Shown: positions 1 through 8,886 of the stretch, piece by piece
Numbering within the stretch: the stretch's first letter is position 1
Layout: the number at the start of each line of letters is the position of its first letter
Virus record (IMG/VR): IMGVR_UViG_3300020374_000996
Location: 1-28,126 of that record
Origin: a virus
Lineage: Duplodnaviria > Caudoviricetes
DNA: 28,126 nucleotides
Reading direction: 5' to 3' (one strand)
Notes under the pieces: generated by a model
Database searches by the model: none
Told to the model about the DNA's origin: nothing
What the model saw: the letters and a program-made list of their open reading frames with translations, nothing else
Translations under genes and position numbers: made by a program

Positions 1-7
1 TTAGAAT

Positions 8-277
8 TTATTTGAACTGTTTACTTTCTTTCTTAAGTTTAACAATTTCTTTTTCTAAATCTACAATTCTTTTTGCAAGTAATGGGTATTGTGCTAACCA
101 TTTTTCTTCACGACTAGCAATTTCAATATCATATCTATTTGCTACCCACTCCATAAGGTTATCCATTTTTACTTGGAACCACACACCCATTTTGGTATTT
201 TTGAACCATTGATAAAAACTGCTACCAATTATACTTGAAAGGATACTTTTTAATGTTAGAATTATTAACCAATTCAT
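8..277 (-). CDS. Small membrane-anchored protein with C-terminal coiled coil (possible lysis-associated/holin-like)
   Basis: N-terminal hydrophobic helix, basic C-terminus; last of a tightly coupled minus-strand run headed by the lysozyme. Confidence 0.6.
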   Translation of the reverse strand: MNWLIILTLKSILSSIIGSSFYQWFKNTKMGVWFQVKMDNLMEWVANRYDIEIASREEKWLAQYPLLAKRIVDLEKEIVKLKKESKQFK

Positions 278-278
278 T

Positions 279-662
279 TTATTTTTTTGACTTTCGTGTA
301 GTGTTGCTTACGTTTTTTGCCTTGCCTTTGCGATTTTTGTTAGGATCATTCCTACGTTTCTTCCTAACAGCGGCACCAATGGCTTTTTTACCACCTTTGG
401 CTCGTAAACTTGCGGCTTTGCTTTTTGATAAACATTTAGGTTTGCCTTCGCCTTTGCTACTGTCACCACACTTACCAATTCTTTCACCTTTGGTATTGTA
501 ACGGTCCCAGCCACCGCCTCCGGCTCCACCTTTTTTGCCTTTGCCAAACCATTTACGAAGATTTTCTTCTATTTCTTTTTCTCTGTTTGCTAAATCTTCT
601 TCCATGCCCTTCATTAGTGCATTAAAGTCTTGTGCAAACTCTATAGTTTCTTTAATCTTCAT
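279..662 (-). CDS. Basic phage protein, probable virion/internal head protein
   Basis: Acidic N-terminus ending IEE, then K/G-rich domain LRKWFGKG...GWDRYNTKG...KPKCLSKSKA of a type I recall from marine T4-like phages; translationally coupled to neighbours. Confidence 0.65.
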   Translation of the reverse strand: MKIKETIEFAQDFNALMKGMEEDLANREKEIEENLRKWFGKGKKGGAGGGGWDRYNTKGERIGKCGDSSKGEGKPKCLSKSKAASLRAKGGKKAIGAAVRKKRRNDPNKNRKGKAKNVSNTTRKSKK

Positions 663-2170
663 TATTTCTTTTTAGAGTTGCCCCAATTAGCCGCACCTTT
701 CTTTCTGCATTGTACTAATGCACCACTGGCGTAAGCACTGGGCCAAACTTTATATCTTGATTTGACTTTGTGATAACAAGCATCTTTCTCACCTGCGGCT
801 TCATCGAATTGCTCTTCTGTCATCATTTCTGTGGATTCATTTCTCATTTCATATTCCATGTCATCTAAATCCATTTCTAATTCTTCTATTTTATATGCAA
901 CTTCTTTGTATTTGTCTTCAAATACTTCTTCCATTTCATATACTGCTGATTCTAATTTGTTCTTTGCTTCATAAACTTGTCGTTCATAGTAGTCTAATTC
1001 TTTTTCATCTATGCCTAACTTATCTGCAAGTGTTGAAAGATTTACCATTATTTCACTAACTGTATTTTCATACTTAATTACTTTGGTAATATCTCTGGCT
1101 TCACTTTTTGCAAATTCTAATTTGTCTGCAATTGGTTGTAATTTTTTAATTTGTGCTTGTATTTCTTCTTTACTTGCATTTTCTTCTATTGGTTCTAACT
1201 GCCATCTAGATTGTGGTTTGTTATGACTTCTAGGATCTGCTTTTTTCATAACCATGCCTGCTAATTGTTTAAGCAGTTCATCATCTTCTTGTGCTTCGTC
1301 TTTTAATTGTCTTAATATACTGTCTATAATAGCACTTTTTTGTGCAACAAATGTTCCTTCGTCAACATATCCTTCCATGTCGGATAAGTTTACACTTGAT
1401 AATGCATCTTCTATAACTTCGTTTGCATTAATAACATCTAATACTCTACCACTGGCAAAGTTTCCTATTGGTTGTCCGCCAACTTCCATTTTTGGATCAA
1501 CAACATCTTCAACTCTTAAACCTTCTAATTCTGCATACATTTTTTGTATAAGTTCTTCTCGAGTATCTGCAAATAAACCTGGTGACTCACCAAATGTATC
1601 TATTAGTTGTTGAATAACGGCATCACGTATAATACTTCTTTCTTCGCCTTCGTCTAATGCTTTTCTTGTATCTGCTTTTATTTTATTTCTATCATAATCT
1701 TTTGGTGACTTGTGAGCACCTGCACCACTTTTATTTCTACTATGTTTTGCTACAGGGTTAGGTTGTTTTGGTGCATTATATTTTTTACCTTCTTTTTTAA
1801 CACAATTAGGTACACGTTTGCCAAACATAGTTTTCATTCCTTTCTTTTCATAACCTTTCCAACATTTTTCAACTATAGTTTCTACTATTTCTGGATCTAT
1901 TTCTTGTGCGGTGAATTGTTGCATTAAGTCAACAATGTCTGTGTCATTGTCTATAATTTTATAATCTTGGTCAACTATGAGTGCGACATTGTCTTCGTAA
2001 CCGTGATTCTCACCACTGAGTACATGCATTCCATTACTTAATTCAATGTGGTCATCTTGGTTTACCCATCGATTAATAACTGATTCAACTTCTTCATGTG
2101 GAAGTTTATCTAACTTAGGTTCTGTATTAAGTTTAGTTACATCTTCGCTAACAATATCAAATATTTTCAT
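662..2170 (-). CDS. Modular phage protein, probable internal head protein
   Basis: Acidic segments alternate with basic modules CWKGYEKKGMKTMFGKRVPNCVKKE and KDACYHKVKSRYKVWPSAYASGALVQCRKKG that recur in marine T4-like myoviruses. Confidence 0.7.
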   Translation of the reverse strand: MKIFDIVSEDVTKLNTEPKLDKLPHEEVESVINRWVNQDDHIELSNGMHVLSGENHGYEDNVALIVDQDYKIIDNDTDIVDLMQQFTAQEIDPEIVETIVEKCWKGYEKKGMKTMFGKRVPNCVKKEGKKYNAPKQPNPVAKHSRNKSGAGAHKSPKDYDRNKIKADTRKALDEGEERSIIRDAVIQQLIDTFGESPGLFADTREELIQKMYAELEGLRVEDVVDPKMEVGGQPIGNFASGRVLDVINANEVIEDALSSVNLSDMEGYVDEGTFVAQKSAIIDSILRQLKDEAQEDDELLKQLAGMVMKKADPRSHNKPQSRWQLEPIEENASKEEIQAQIKKLQPIADKLEFAKSEARDITKVIKYENTVSEIMVNLSTLADKLGIDEKELDYYERQVYEAKNKLESAVYEMEEVFEDKYKEVAYKIEELEMDLDDMEYEMRNESTEMMTEEQFDEAAGEKDACYHKVKSRYKVWPSAYASGALVQCRKKGAANWGNSKKK

Positions 2171-2646
2171 TATACATTCTCTAATCTAACCATGAGTCTT
2201 TCTGCTCTGTTAGTAACTTGTTTATGCCACCTTGAATCTCTGCCTTCCACTGCGGCTTCTTTCCAATCGCTTTCTAATATTGCGGCATGCATTTTTTTAA
2301 ATTTGCTTAATCTAGTTCTACCCATATTGAACATCATGTTAACCAAGATTTGCTGTACTTCGTCTGGTAAGTCTCCAAATACCCCATCTTCGTATAATAA
2401 CTCACATTCACCGATTGCGGTGTTAAGGTCTTTTTCAAAACATTCTTTGACTCTTTCCTCTGATACTGGCGTACCAAGTGCTTGTCCGTGTTCGGGGTCT
2501 GATTCGAGGACGAGATGCCCGACACCAAATGTGGGGTACCCAAGATGGTCATGGTAGATTTCATTTACAACTCCTTCGTCAATTTTAAGTTGTTCAAATA
2601 CTGCTTCTCTATTCAATTTAGTATCCTTAAATAAATTTTTAAACAT
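2170..2646 (-). CDS. T4-type phage lysozyme (GH24 muramidase)
   Basis: LKIDEG..YHDHLGYPTFGVGH gives the E-x8-D-x5-T catalytic triad; NMMFNMG and SRW..Q...RA.R motifs as in T4 lysozyme. Confidence 0.92.
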   Translation of the reverse strand: MFKNLFKDTKLNREAVFEQLKIDEGVVNEIYHDHLGYPTFGVGHLVLESDPEHGQALGTPVSEERVKECFEKDLNTAIGECELLYEDGVFGDLPDEVQQILVNMMFNMGRTRLSKFKKMHAAILESDWKEAAVEGRDSRWHKQVTNRAERLMVRLENV

Positions 2647-2654
2647 TATGTGTG

Positions 2655-2662
2655 TATTTATC
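2655..2662 (-). promoter_or_regulatory. T4-like late promoter motif (GATAAATA) upstream of lysozyme
   Basis: GATAAATA on minus strand, 8 nt before the ATG at 2646. Confidence 0.55.
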
Positions 2663-2680
2663 AGAAAGTTTTAATTTGCC

Positions 2681-2711
2681 AAAAAAAAGCACACCCGAAG
2701 ATGTGCTTTTT
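2681..2711 (-). terminator. Rho-independent terminator with cUUCGg tetraloop
   Basis: Minus strand GCACATC-TTCG-GGTGTGC followed by T8, just downstream of gene 2729..3313. Confidence 0.88.
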
Positions 2712-2728
2712 AAATTAGTTTCTACTTA

Positions 2729-3313
2729 TTAAGCAATTGAACCGTAATCTCTAGTGATATTACTTTGTATTCCAGCCTGTGTAATCACAACTGCTGTTAC
2801 AACTGCTGTTCCGTTACTGGCACTACCAGCCGCCACAGTGGCTTTTACATCGGTTGCAGACGTGTAAATATGTTGATGAGTACTTTGGAATTGAAATGTT
2901 TGCGTCATATCAGCATCACCTACTCCAAAATGTCTATCAGTATCACCGTCATCGCCAACAATAACTGTAGTTGTATCATCAGCACTAACCCAAGGACTTC
3001 CAATATCTACATGGATACTGTAAATCATAGAGTTTGCAGGTGCTTCAAATAAAGTTGTTGTGCCTGAATTAAATGCTAGTTCAGTACTAACATATTGTGC
3101 AATAGTTTGAGTTGCACTATCAAATTGTCCTTTTGTAAAAAATGCTGTAGCCTGTGTTGCATCTGCACCTTTTACTTCAACAAGAGTAGAACCATCATTG
3201 TCAGTAAATGTAAATTCGTTTGATGTGGTGTTTGTGAGGATCTTTAGTCCGCGTTTTCCAAACTGTACTAAGTTAGCAAGTCCTTTTAACCCGAAGTTGT
3301 TGATATCTGCCAT
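2729..3313 (-). CDS. Putative virion structural protein
   Basis: T/A/G/S-rich beta-type composition, GGAG SD, upstream TAAATA motif and its own terminator. Confidence 0.65.
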   Translation of the reverse strand: MADINNFGLKGLANLVQFGKRGLKILTNTTSNEFTFTDNDGSTLVEVKGADATQATAFFTKGQFDSATQTIAQYVSTELAFNSGTTTLFEAPANSMIYSIHVDIGSPWVSADDTTTVIVGDDGDTDRHFGVGDADMTQTFQFQSTHQHIYTSATDVKATVAAGSASNGTAVVTAVVITQAGIQSNITRDYGSIA

Positions 3314-3358
3314 TTGGTTACTCCAATAATATAATCGATTATAGTATTTCTACTACTG

Positions 3359-3365
3359 TATTTAT
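3359..3365 (-). promoter_or_regulatory. T4-like late promoter motif (ATAAATA)
   Basis: ATAAATA about 46 nt upstream of ATG 3313. Confidence 0.5.
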
Positions 3366-3372
3366 TATATTT

Positions 3373-4194
3373 TTAGGATACCTTACCAGTTATGCCTTTT
3401 ATAAACTGTTCAGCAATGAGTTCAATACCTTTAATGTTAGGATGACCATCACCATCCCCTATAATATAATCATTGGTATGTCCCATAACTCTTTGCAAAG
3501 GTTTCCAATCATAGTAACTGTTGAAGCATGTATCAATATGAGGATACTCAATTGTTCTTATTTGAGATACATTTGGAATGTAACCTTCCAACGTATTAAC
3601 TATTTGGAATATATCATCACCGAAGCCTTGCAATTCACATGCCTCATGAATAAATCCCCACAACACATTACAATTAGGTATTAATTTTTTATATGCATTT
3701 GCAGTTTGTATTGCTGTTCTAGTTGCATGGGTCAAACTGTCTAGCCAATCCTCGTCATCATTTACATATTGTTCAGTTTTCCATTTTTCTAAATTGTTTG
3801 GAAATTCTTCTTGGAGTAAAAGATGCAAATAATCTTTATGTGCATGGACAAATGGATGTGCATTTTCTAAGATATGTTGTGGATCTAACGTATAATATGA
3901 TTCTATATTACCTACTCTAGGATTAAAATATGTTAATCTTCCATGCATTGTAAAGCCAAATATTAATAATGGATTTTTAGCATTTGCTAAATTTTCACTT
4001 ATTTCTTTGTGCCTACGCACAGGCTGATAACTTATAATAGTGTTTGAAGAACCACCTAATGCTATATTATCAAAAGGAACATCAAAATATTTTGCAACCA
4101 TACCGGGCCAAGTACCCTCAGGTCCTTTTTTTATAATATTTTGACAGCCTTCTGTAAAACTATCTCCACAAGCAAGTATATAATCAAACTCCAT
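3373..4194 (-). CDS. SGNH/GDSL-like hydrolase/acyltransferase
   Basis: Block I GDSFTEG, block II NIALGGSSN, C-terminal DGHP block V. Confidence 0.75.
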   Translation of the reverse strand: MEFDYILACGDSFTEGCQNIIKKGPEGTWPGMVAKYFDVPFDNIALGGSSNTIISYQPVRRHKEISENLANAKNPLLIFGFTMHGRLTYFNPRVGNIESYYTLDPQHILENAHPFVHAHKDYLHLLLQEEFPNNLEKWKTEQYVNDDEDWLDSLTHATRTAIQTANAYKKLIPNCNVLWGFIHEACELQGFGDDIFQIVNTLEGYIPNVSQIRTIEYPHIDTCFNSYYDWKPLQRVMGHTNDYIIGDGDGHPNIKGIELIAEQFIKGITGKVS

Positions 4195-4199
4195 AGCAA

Positions 4200-4205
4200 T
4201 ATTTA
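4200..4205 (-). promoter_or_regulatory. Late promoter core TAAATA, leaderless
   Basis: TAAATA-N5-ATG(4194); no SD. Confidence 0.5.
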
Positions 4206-4206
4206 G

Positions 4207-4235
4207 TTGACATACACATAATATGGTAGTATAAT
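4207..4235 (+). promoter_or_regulatory. Sigma70-type promoter for uvsE (leaderless)
   Basis: TTGACA-17-TATAAT; ATG follows 6 nt after the -10. Confidence 0.85.
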
Positions 4236-4241
4236 TTAGCC

Positions 4242-5294
4242 ATGTTTGATAATTCTATAAAACGTATCGGTTTTTGTTGCAAGTATATGGACCCTGACCA
4301 AACTCAGAAGCCCAAGATACTTAAAGAAATACAACAAAAATACACAGAACGTATGACAACAATTACTTGGCTTAATAGACAAGAAAAGTCTGTAGCAGAA
4401 GAACGTATGCTTGAACTTGCTACTCATAACATGCAGGCGGCATACAATCTTGTAGAATGGGTAAGCAAACTTCCAGCAGAACGAAGAATGGTTAGGCTAG
4501 GCAGTAATCAATTACCTGGTGCTACACAAGAAGATTGGACATACATGTGGCAAGATCCTACAAACATTAAAATGCTAGAAGAAGGCTTTGCTAAAGTAGG
4601 CAAACTTGCTAGAGAAAAAGATGTACGTCTTAGTTTTCATCCTGGTCAGTTTACAGTTCTTGCATCAGATAAAGAAGATGTTATAAAACGTAGCATAGAT
4701 GAATTTGAGTATCATGTAAATATGGCACGTTGGATGGGATTTGGCAAAGAGTTCCAAGACTTTAAATGCAATATACACATATCAGGCAGGCAAGGAGCAC
4801 AGGGTATTATAAATATATTACCTAAGTTATCACCTGAAGCAAGAAACATTATTACAATCGAGAACGATGAAATGTGTCATGGTTTAGATGAGTCCTTAAA
4901 ACTAGAAAAACATGTGGCGTTAGTATTAGACATACACCACCATTGGATTAGAGATGAAGAATATATACAAGCGACTGATGAACGCATTAAAAGGATTATT
5001 GATAGTTGGCGTGGTGTCCGCCCTGCTTTACATTACAGTTATAGCCGGGATGAATGGCTACCTGAACCATCCTTGCTTGAATCAAATCACCAGCACGGTG
5101 ACATGCACGACATCAACAATTTATTATCCTTAGGTTGTAAGAAACAAAAACTAAGAGCACATTCAGACTTTTATCCTAATGAAAAAGTGAATGAGTGGGC
5201 TTTATCTTTTTGGCAGGAATTCGACATACAATGCGAGGCAAAGGCTAAGAACTTAGCCAGCGAACAGTTGTATTTACAATCTTTATCACAATAA
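4242..5294 (+). CDS. uvsE: UV DNA damage repair endonuclease UvsE/UVDE
   Basis: RIGFCCK, RLSFHPGQF, TIENDE, LVLDIHHHW, HYSYSR, RAHSD and CEAKAKNLA motifs of the UVDE TIM barrel. Confidence 0.92.
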   Translation: MFDNSIKRIGFCCKYMDPDQTQKPKILKEIQQKYTERMTTITWLNRQEKSVAEERMLELATHNMQAAYNLVEWVSKLPAERRMVRLGSNQLPGATQEDWTYMWQDPTNIKMLEEGFAKVGKLAREKDVRLSFHPGQFTVLASDKEDVIKRSIDEFEYHVNMARWMGFGKEFQDFKCNIHISGRQGAQGIINILPKLSPEARNIITIENDEMCHGLDESLKLEKHVALVLDIHHHWIRDEEYIQATDERIKRIIDSWRGVRPALHYSYSRDEWLPEPSLLESNHQHGDMHDINNLLSLGCKKQKLRAHSDFYPNEKVNEWALSFWQEFDIQCEAKAKNLASEQLYLQSLSQ

Positions 5295-5295
5295 T

Positions 5296-5415
5296 GACTC
5301 CGGAGTCTTTTGTGTTGACTGATTGGGGAACACCGAGTTCCTTTCCTATCTATCACATCTTGATGAGCGGTGAAACATTTTTTGTGTCAACTGGTTCAAT
5401 ACCAATCAGTTAATA
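5296..5415. ncRNA. Candidate structured small RNA
   Basis: Long-range stem 5313-5326/5402-5415, inner CACCG/CGGTG stem (5331-5335/5368-5372), palindrome GACTCCGGAGTC at 5296-5307, minus-strand TAAATA at 5417-5422. Confidence 0.4.
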
Positions 5416-5496
5416 ATATTTAACCAATTACTGAAAAATGGTATAGAAATGGTGTATTTTGGTTAAATAATGGTATTAAACAGGAGTTATAATTAA

Positions 5497-5859
5497 GTGA
5501 CATACGTTGTAAAAGGTGAATGTGTAGACTGTAAGCACACCACCTGTGTGAAAGTCTGTCCAGTCGATTGCTTTTTTGAATTAGAGAATACATTAGTTAT
5601 AGATCCAAAAATTTGCATTGATTGTGCTATATGCGAGCCGGAATGCCCAGTTGATGCTATTGTGAGTGATAGGAAGTTAAAACCAGAAGACCAAAAATGG
5701 CTAGACTTCAATGCAGAAATGTCACCATCCGGTGGAACAGATTCTCCTGTTATTACAAAAGTAAAAGATCCAATGCCTACGTTTGAAGAGGCGGCATCAT
5801 ATACTGCTGACGAACAATGGAGTAAAGTAAGCAGAATACCATTCAAAGAAATCACATAA
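5497..5859 (+). CDS. fdxA: 7Fe ([3Fe-4S][4Fe-4S]) ferredoxin, FdxA family
   Basis: CVDCKHTTCVKVCPVDCF and CIDCAICEPECPVDAI as in Azotobacter-type FdI; GTG start with AGGAG SD. Confidence 0.9.
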   Translation: MTYVVKGECVDCKHTTCVKVCPVDCFFELENTLVIDPKICIDCAICEPECPVDAIVSDRKLKPEDQKWLDFNAEMSPSGGTDSPVITKVKDPMPTFEEAASYTADEQWSKVSRIPFKEIT

Positions 5860-5899
5860 ATATCACTTAAATATCTGCCAGAATTCTTGGCAAAAAAGG

Positions 5900-5928
5900 T
5901 TGACATTGACCCTATAATTCGTTATAAT
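5900..5928 (+). promoter_or_regulatory. Sigma70-type promoter
   Basis: TTGACA-17-TATAAT with upstream A-tract. Confidence 0.85.
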
Positions 5929-5962
5929 ATATGTATATTTTAACAAGGAAGGTAGGAAATAA

Positions 5963-6343
5963 ATGAGTAACTTAAACACACAAAATCAAAGCAAAGACAA
6001 AATTGTATCTATACCAGGATATCATATTGGTTCTTTTACTTGCTACAATGAGAACGACAATGATTCAGAATCAGTAAATATTCAACTTACTGCTCTTGAA
6101 GAAATGTGGTATGGTCATGAAGAAAACATTGACCATCCAGAAGGTTCAAAATACCCAGTAAGTATTAATGTTCCTCATATGAAAGTGATGAGAGACAGAG
6201 TTATTGATAGTGTGTTTAATAGAACTGGTATCAACATTAGAGACTTTGATAGCATTATACATGCTACAACATCTCCAGGTAGAGATGAGAAAGGTAACAT
6301 CCTTGACTATGCTAACGAAAAAATTATAAGGAATGTTGCATAG
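5963..6343 (+). CDS. Hypothetical phage protein
   Basis: ORF with purine-rich SD directly downstream of a consensus promoter. Confidence 0.65.
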   Translation: MSNLNTQNQSKDKIVSIPGYHIGSFTCYNENDNDSESVNIQLTALEEMWYGHEENIDHPEGSKYPVSINVPHMKVMRDRVIDSVFNRTGINIRDFDSIIHATTSPGRDEKGNILDYANEKIIRNVA

Positions 6344-6369
6344 TAAAAAATTAAAGGGAGAGTATAAGT

Positions 6370-6918
6370 ATGGAAACACTTCTAGCAATTTTAACATCAA
6401 TGATGTTAAGTTATGCACCTTACAATGCAACAGACGTCTTAATAGATAAAGAAGAAGCATTTTGTTTAGCACAAAATGTTTATCATGAAGCCAAAGGTGA
6501 AAACCTTGCGGGTAAATCAGCAGTAGCACATGTCACACTCAACAGAGTTGCACATAAAAAATACCCTAATACTATTTGTGGTGTTACAAAACAAGCCAAA
6601 CTGAGAATGAACTGGAGAGGATATCAAGTTCCTATTATAGGACTTTGTCAGTTCAGTTGGTATTGTGATGGCAAAAGTGATGACATACAAGTTGTTTATT
6701 ACAAAGGTAACATGCAAGGAAAATCTATTGGTCCTAATATGGAAGCCTGGAAACAAAGTGTTCAAGTTTCACTATTAGCAATGTATGGCGTAACAATAGA
6801 TCCAACAAGTGGTGCAACACATTATTATAATCATAATATTAGTCAGCCAAGTTGGGGTCAAGTATATCCTGTAGTTGCTATTCTAAGCAATCATACCTTC
6901 TTAGTTAGGAACGATTAA
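6370..6918 (+). CDS. Cell wall hydrolase, SleB/Hydrolase_2 family
   Basis: CLAQNVYHEAKGE, VAHVTLNRV, YPNTICGV, CQFSWYCDG, GATHYY; hydrophobic N-terminal signal/anchor. Confidence 0.9.
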   Translation: METLLAILTSMMLSYAPYNATDVLIDKEEAFCLAQNVYHEAKGENLAGKSAVAHVTLNRVAHKKYPNTICGVTKQAKLRMNWRGYQVPIIGLCQFSWYCDGKSDDIQVVYYKGNMQGKSIGPNMEAWKQSVQVSLLAMYGVTIDPTSGATHYYNHNISQPSWGQVYPVVAILSNHTFLVRND

Positions 6919-6931
6919 AACAGTAGTTTAA

Positions 6932-6939
6932 GATAAATA
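6932..6939 (+). promoter_or_regulatory. T4-like late promoter motif (GATAAATA)
   Basis: Intergenic, upstream of the SD-led nuclease gene. Confidence 0.5.
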
Positions 6940-6965
6940 CTCTTGTAGGAAACACAGGAGTAATT

Positions 6966-7424
6966 ATGTACGAGTACAGATGTAAAGTCGTCAAGGTAAT
7001 TGACGGTGACACAGTGGACGTTGACATTGATTTAGGATTTGATATCATGCTCAGAGACGAAAGAGTTCGTATCATGGGTATTGATACACCAGAAAGCAGA
7101 ACTAGAGATAAAGTTGAAAAGAAATTTGGCTTGGCTAGTAAGGCTAGATTGAAAGAATTGATAGGTGGAAAATCAGGCCCAATTCTCAAAACACAGATTA
7201 ATAGAAAAGGCGAAGACATGCGAGGCAAGTTTGGTCGTATTTTAGGTGACTTTGTCACTGATAATGGCAGACTTGTTACTGACATACTAGTTGAAGAAGG
7301 ACATGCAGTTGCATACTTCGGAGGCAGTAAAGAAGAAATTCAAGATAAGCATATGGCTAATCGTAAAAAGTTAATCAGAGAAGGTTCAATAGATATAACT
7401 TTGGAAGAAGCCGGAATAGTATAA
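6966..7424 (+). CDS. Thermonuclease (staphylococcal nuclease-like)
   Basis: VVKVIDGDTVDV, VRIMGIDTPE, GKFGRILG motifs. Confidence 0.9.
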   Translation: MYEYRCKVVKVIDGDTVDVDIDLGFDIMLRDERVRIMGIDTPESRTRDKVEKKFGLASKARLKELIGGKSGPILKTQINRKGEDMRGKFGRILGDFVTDNGRLVTDILVEEGHAVAYFGGSKEEIQDKHMANRKKLIREGSIDITLEEAGIV

Positions 7425-7454
7425 CTTTAATTAACTTATTAATTAAATATTCTT

Positions 7455-8060
7455 ATGCGTAAAACGTGGAAGAATACTATTGGATTCCTTTCCCCAGAAA
7501 AGGCAAAATTTTGTGAACATGTAATTAAAGAACATGTTACACAGGACTCCGTGTGTTTAGAAATAGGCACCTACTGTGGTAAAAGTACTTTACATTTAAT
7601 AGAATACGGCAATCCTAAAAAAATTATTACTATAGATAATTATACAGAATTACAATCCACAGCAGGTTTGCCTGATGTATTTGAAGAAAATATCTTAGAC
7701 ATACCAACTGCAAAAATAAGCAATCCTAAAGCATACACTTTTGAAAACAACGAAAAACTTTTTGCAGATTATCCGCAAGTAGAATTGATAAAAGGACATA
7801 CACCTCTTAAACTAAAATTACCAATATTAGATTACATTTATATAGATGGTGGACATACTTACGAACAAAAAGTTGCAGACTTAGAATGGGTATTTCAATA
7901 TTGTAAAGATGGTACGGTGATTGTTTTAGATGATTGGTTTATGGAAGATGTGCAAAATGCAATAAAATATTTTTGTAAAGAATACAAGCAATCCTATGTT
8001 ATAAGTGAGCCTAATGAACTTAGAAATACAATGTCCAAAATAGTTATAAAAAATGCTTGA
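7455..8060 (+). CDS. Class I SAM-dependent methyltransferase (Methyltransf_24-like)
   Basis: LEIGTYCGKST, YIYIDGGHTYE, VIVLDD; preceded by TAAATA-N5-ATG. Confidence 0.85.
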   Translation: MRKTWKNTIGFLSPEKAKFCEHVIKEHVTQDSVCLEIGTYCGKSTLHLIEYGNPKKIITIDNYTELQSTAGLPDVFEENILDIPTAKISNPKAYTFENNEKLFADYPQVELIKGHTPLKLKLPILDYIYIDGGHTYEQKVADLEWVFQYCKDGTVIVLDDWFMEDVQNAIKYFCKEYKQSYVISEPNELRNTMSKIVIKNA

Positions 8061-8084
8061 CTTTTCATATATATTCTATATAAT
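8057..8084 (+). promoter_or_regulatory. Sigma70-type promoter
   Basis: TTGACT-16-TATAAT. Confidence 0.65.
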
Positions 8085-8107
8085 ACAAATATTACAGGAA
8101 TTCTAAT

Positions 8108-8404
8108 ATGTTAATAGAGATTATAAAAGAAGGCGAAGTAGTTAGTTGTAGGCTTACAACTGGTGAAGAACTAATCGCAAGATTAAAAAAAGATAAAAGA
8201 GATAGTGATGGTTTAGTTGAACTAACACAACCTCTTATAGTTGGTAGAGGACCAGAAGGTTTTGGACTTATGCCATATATGATGACAGTCAATCCTGATA
8301 CTACAGTAGAACTTAAAATGGAACATATTTTAAGCATTGCAAAAACTAATGATGAAGTTAGTAAAGGATATCAAAAACAAACAAGCAAGATAGAGACACT
8401 ATAA
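8108..8404 (+). CDS. Conserved phage protein, probable Sm-like fold
   Basis: RLTTGEELIA...L..PL...LMPYM pattern recalled from T4-like phage Sm-like proteins. Confidence 0.6.
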   Translation: MLIEIIKEGEVVSCRLTTGEELIARLKKDKRDSDGLVELTQPLIVGRGPEGFGLMPYMMTVNPDTTVELKMEHILSIAKTNDEVSKGYQKQTSKIETL

Positions 8405-8886
8405 TGGTAAACAAAAGATTTTATTCAGGTAAAACTTATTCTCATGCAACTGGACATAGTTGTGCATTTAGACAATGGAGAGCAGATAGCCATTGCAATT
8501 TAATACACGGATATGCATTACAGTTTGAACTTAAATTTGGTGGTGAACTAGATGAAAGAAATTGGATTGTGGACTTTGGTGGATTAAAGCCACTTAAAAA
8601 TTGGTTAGCAGAAATGTTTGACCATACATATTTGGTTGCAGAAGATGACCCAGAATTGGAAACGTTCAAACAGTTAGAAGAGAAAAAGTTACTTGATTTG
8701 AGAATTGTTTCTGCAACAGGTTGTGAACGATTTGCAGAAATGGTCTTTGACTATGCACAGGATTTAGTATCTGAACTTACAGATGGTAGATGTTGGGTAC
8801 AAGAAGTTACAGTTAGAGAGCATGGACATAATAGTGCTACTGTAGAACGTAACGACCATCAAAAAATTAGTTACTCTTCGGAATAA
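8404..8886 (+). CDS. queD: 6-carboxytetrahydropterin synthase (QueD/PTPS)
   Basis: HCNLIHGY, WIVDFGGLK, FDHT, CERFAE, VREH..NSA motifs. Confidence 0.88.
   Translation: MVNKRFYSGKTYSHATGHSCAFRQWRADSHCNLIHGYALQFELKFGGELDERNWIVDFGGLKPLKNWLAEMFDHTYLVAEDDPELETFKQLEEKKLLDLRIVSATGCERFAEMVFDYAQDLVSELTDGRCWVQEVTVREHGHNSATVERNDHQKISYSSE

Noticed and set aside
12-3920. Short plus-strand ORFs opposite the minus-strand genes, and similar antisense ORFs elsewhere
   Set aside because: Fully overlap better-supported genes, with no motifs or RBS
5360-5390. Hammerhead-like core TTGATGAG-CGGT-GAAACA...TGTC
   Set aside because: C3 is replaced by T, stem II is essentially absent and no stem I can form across the putative cleavage site
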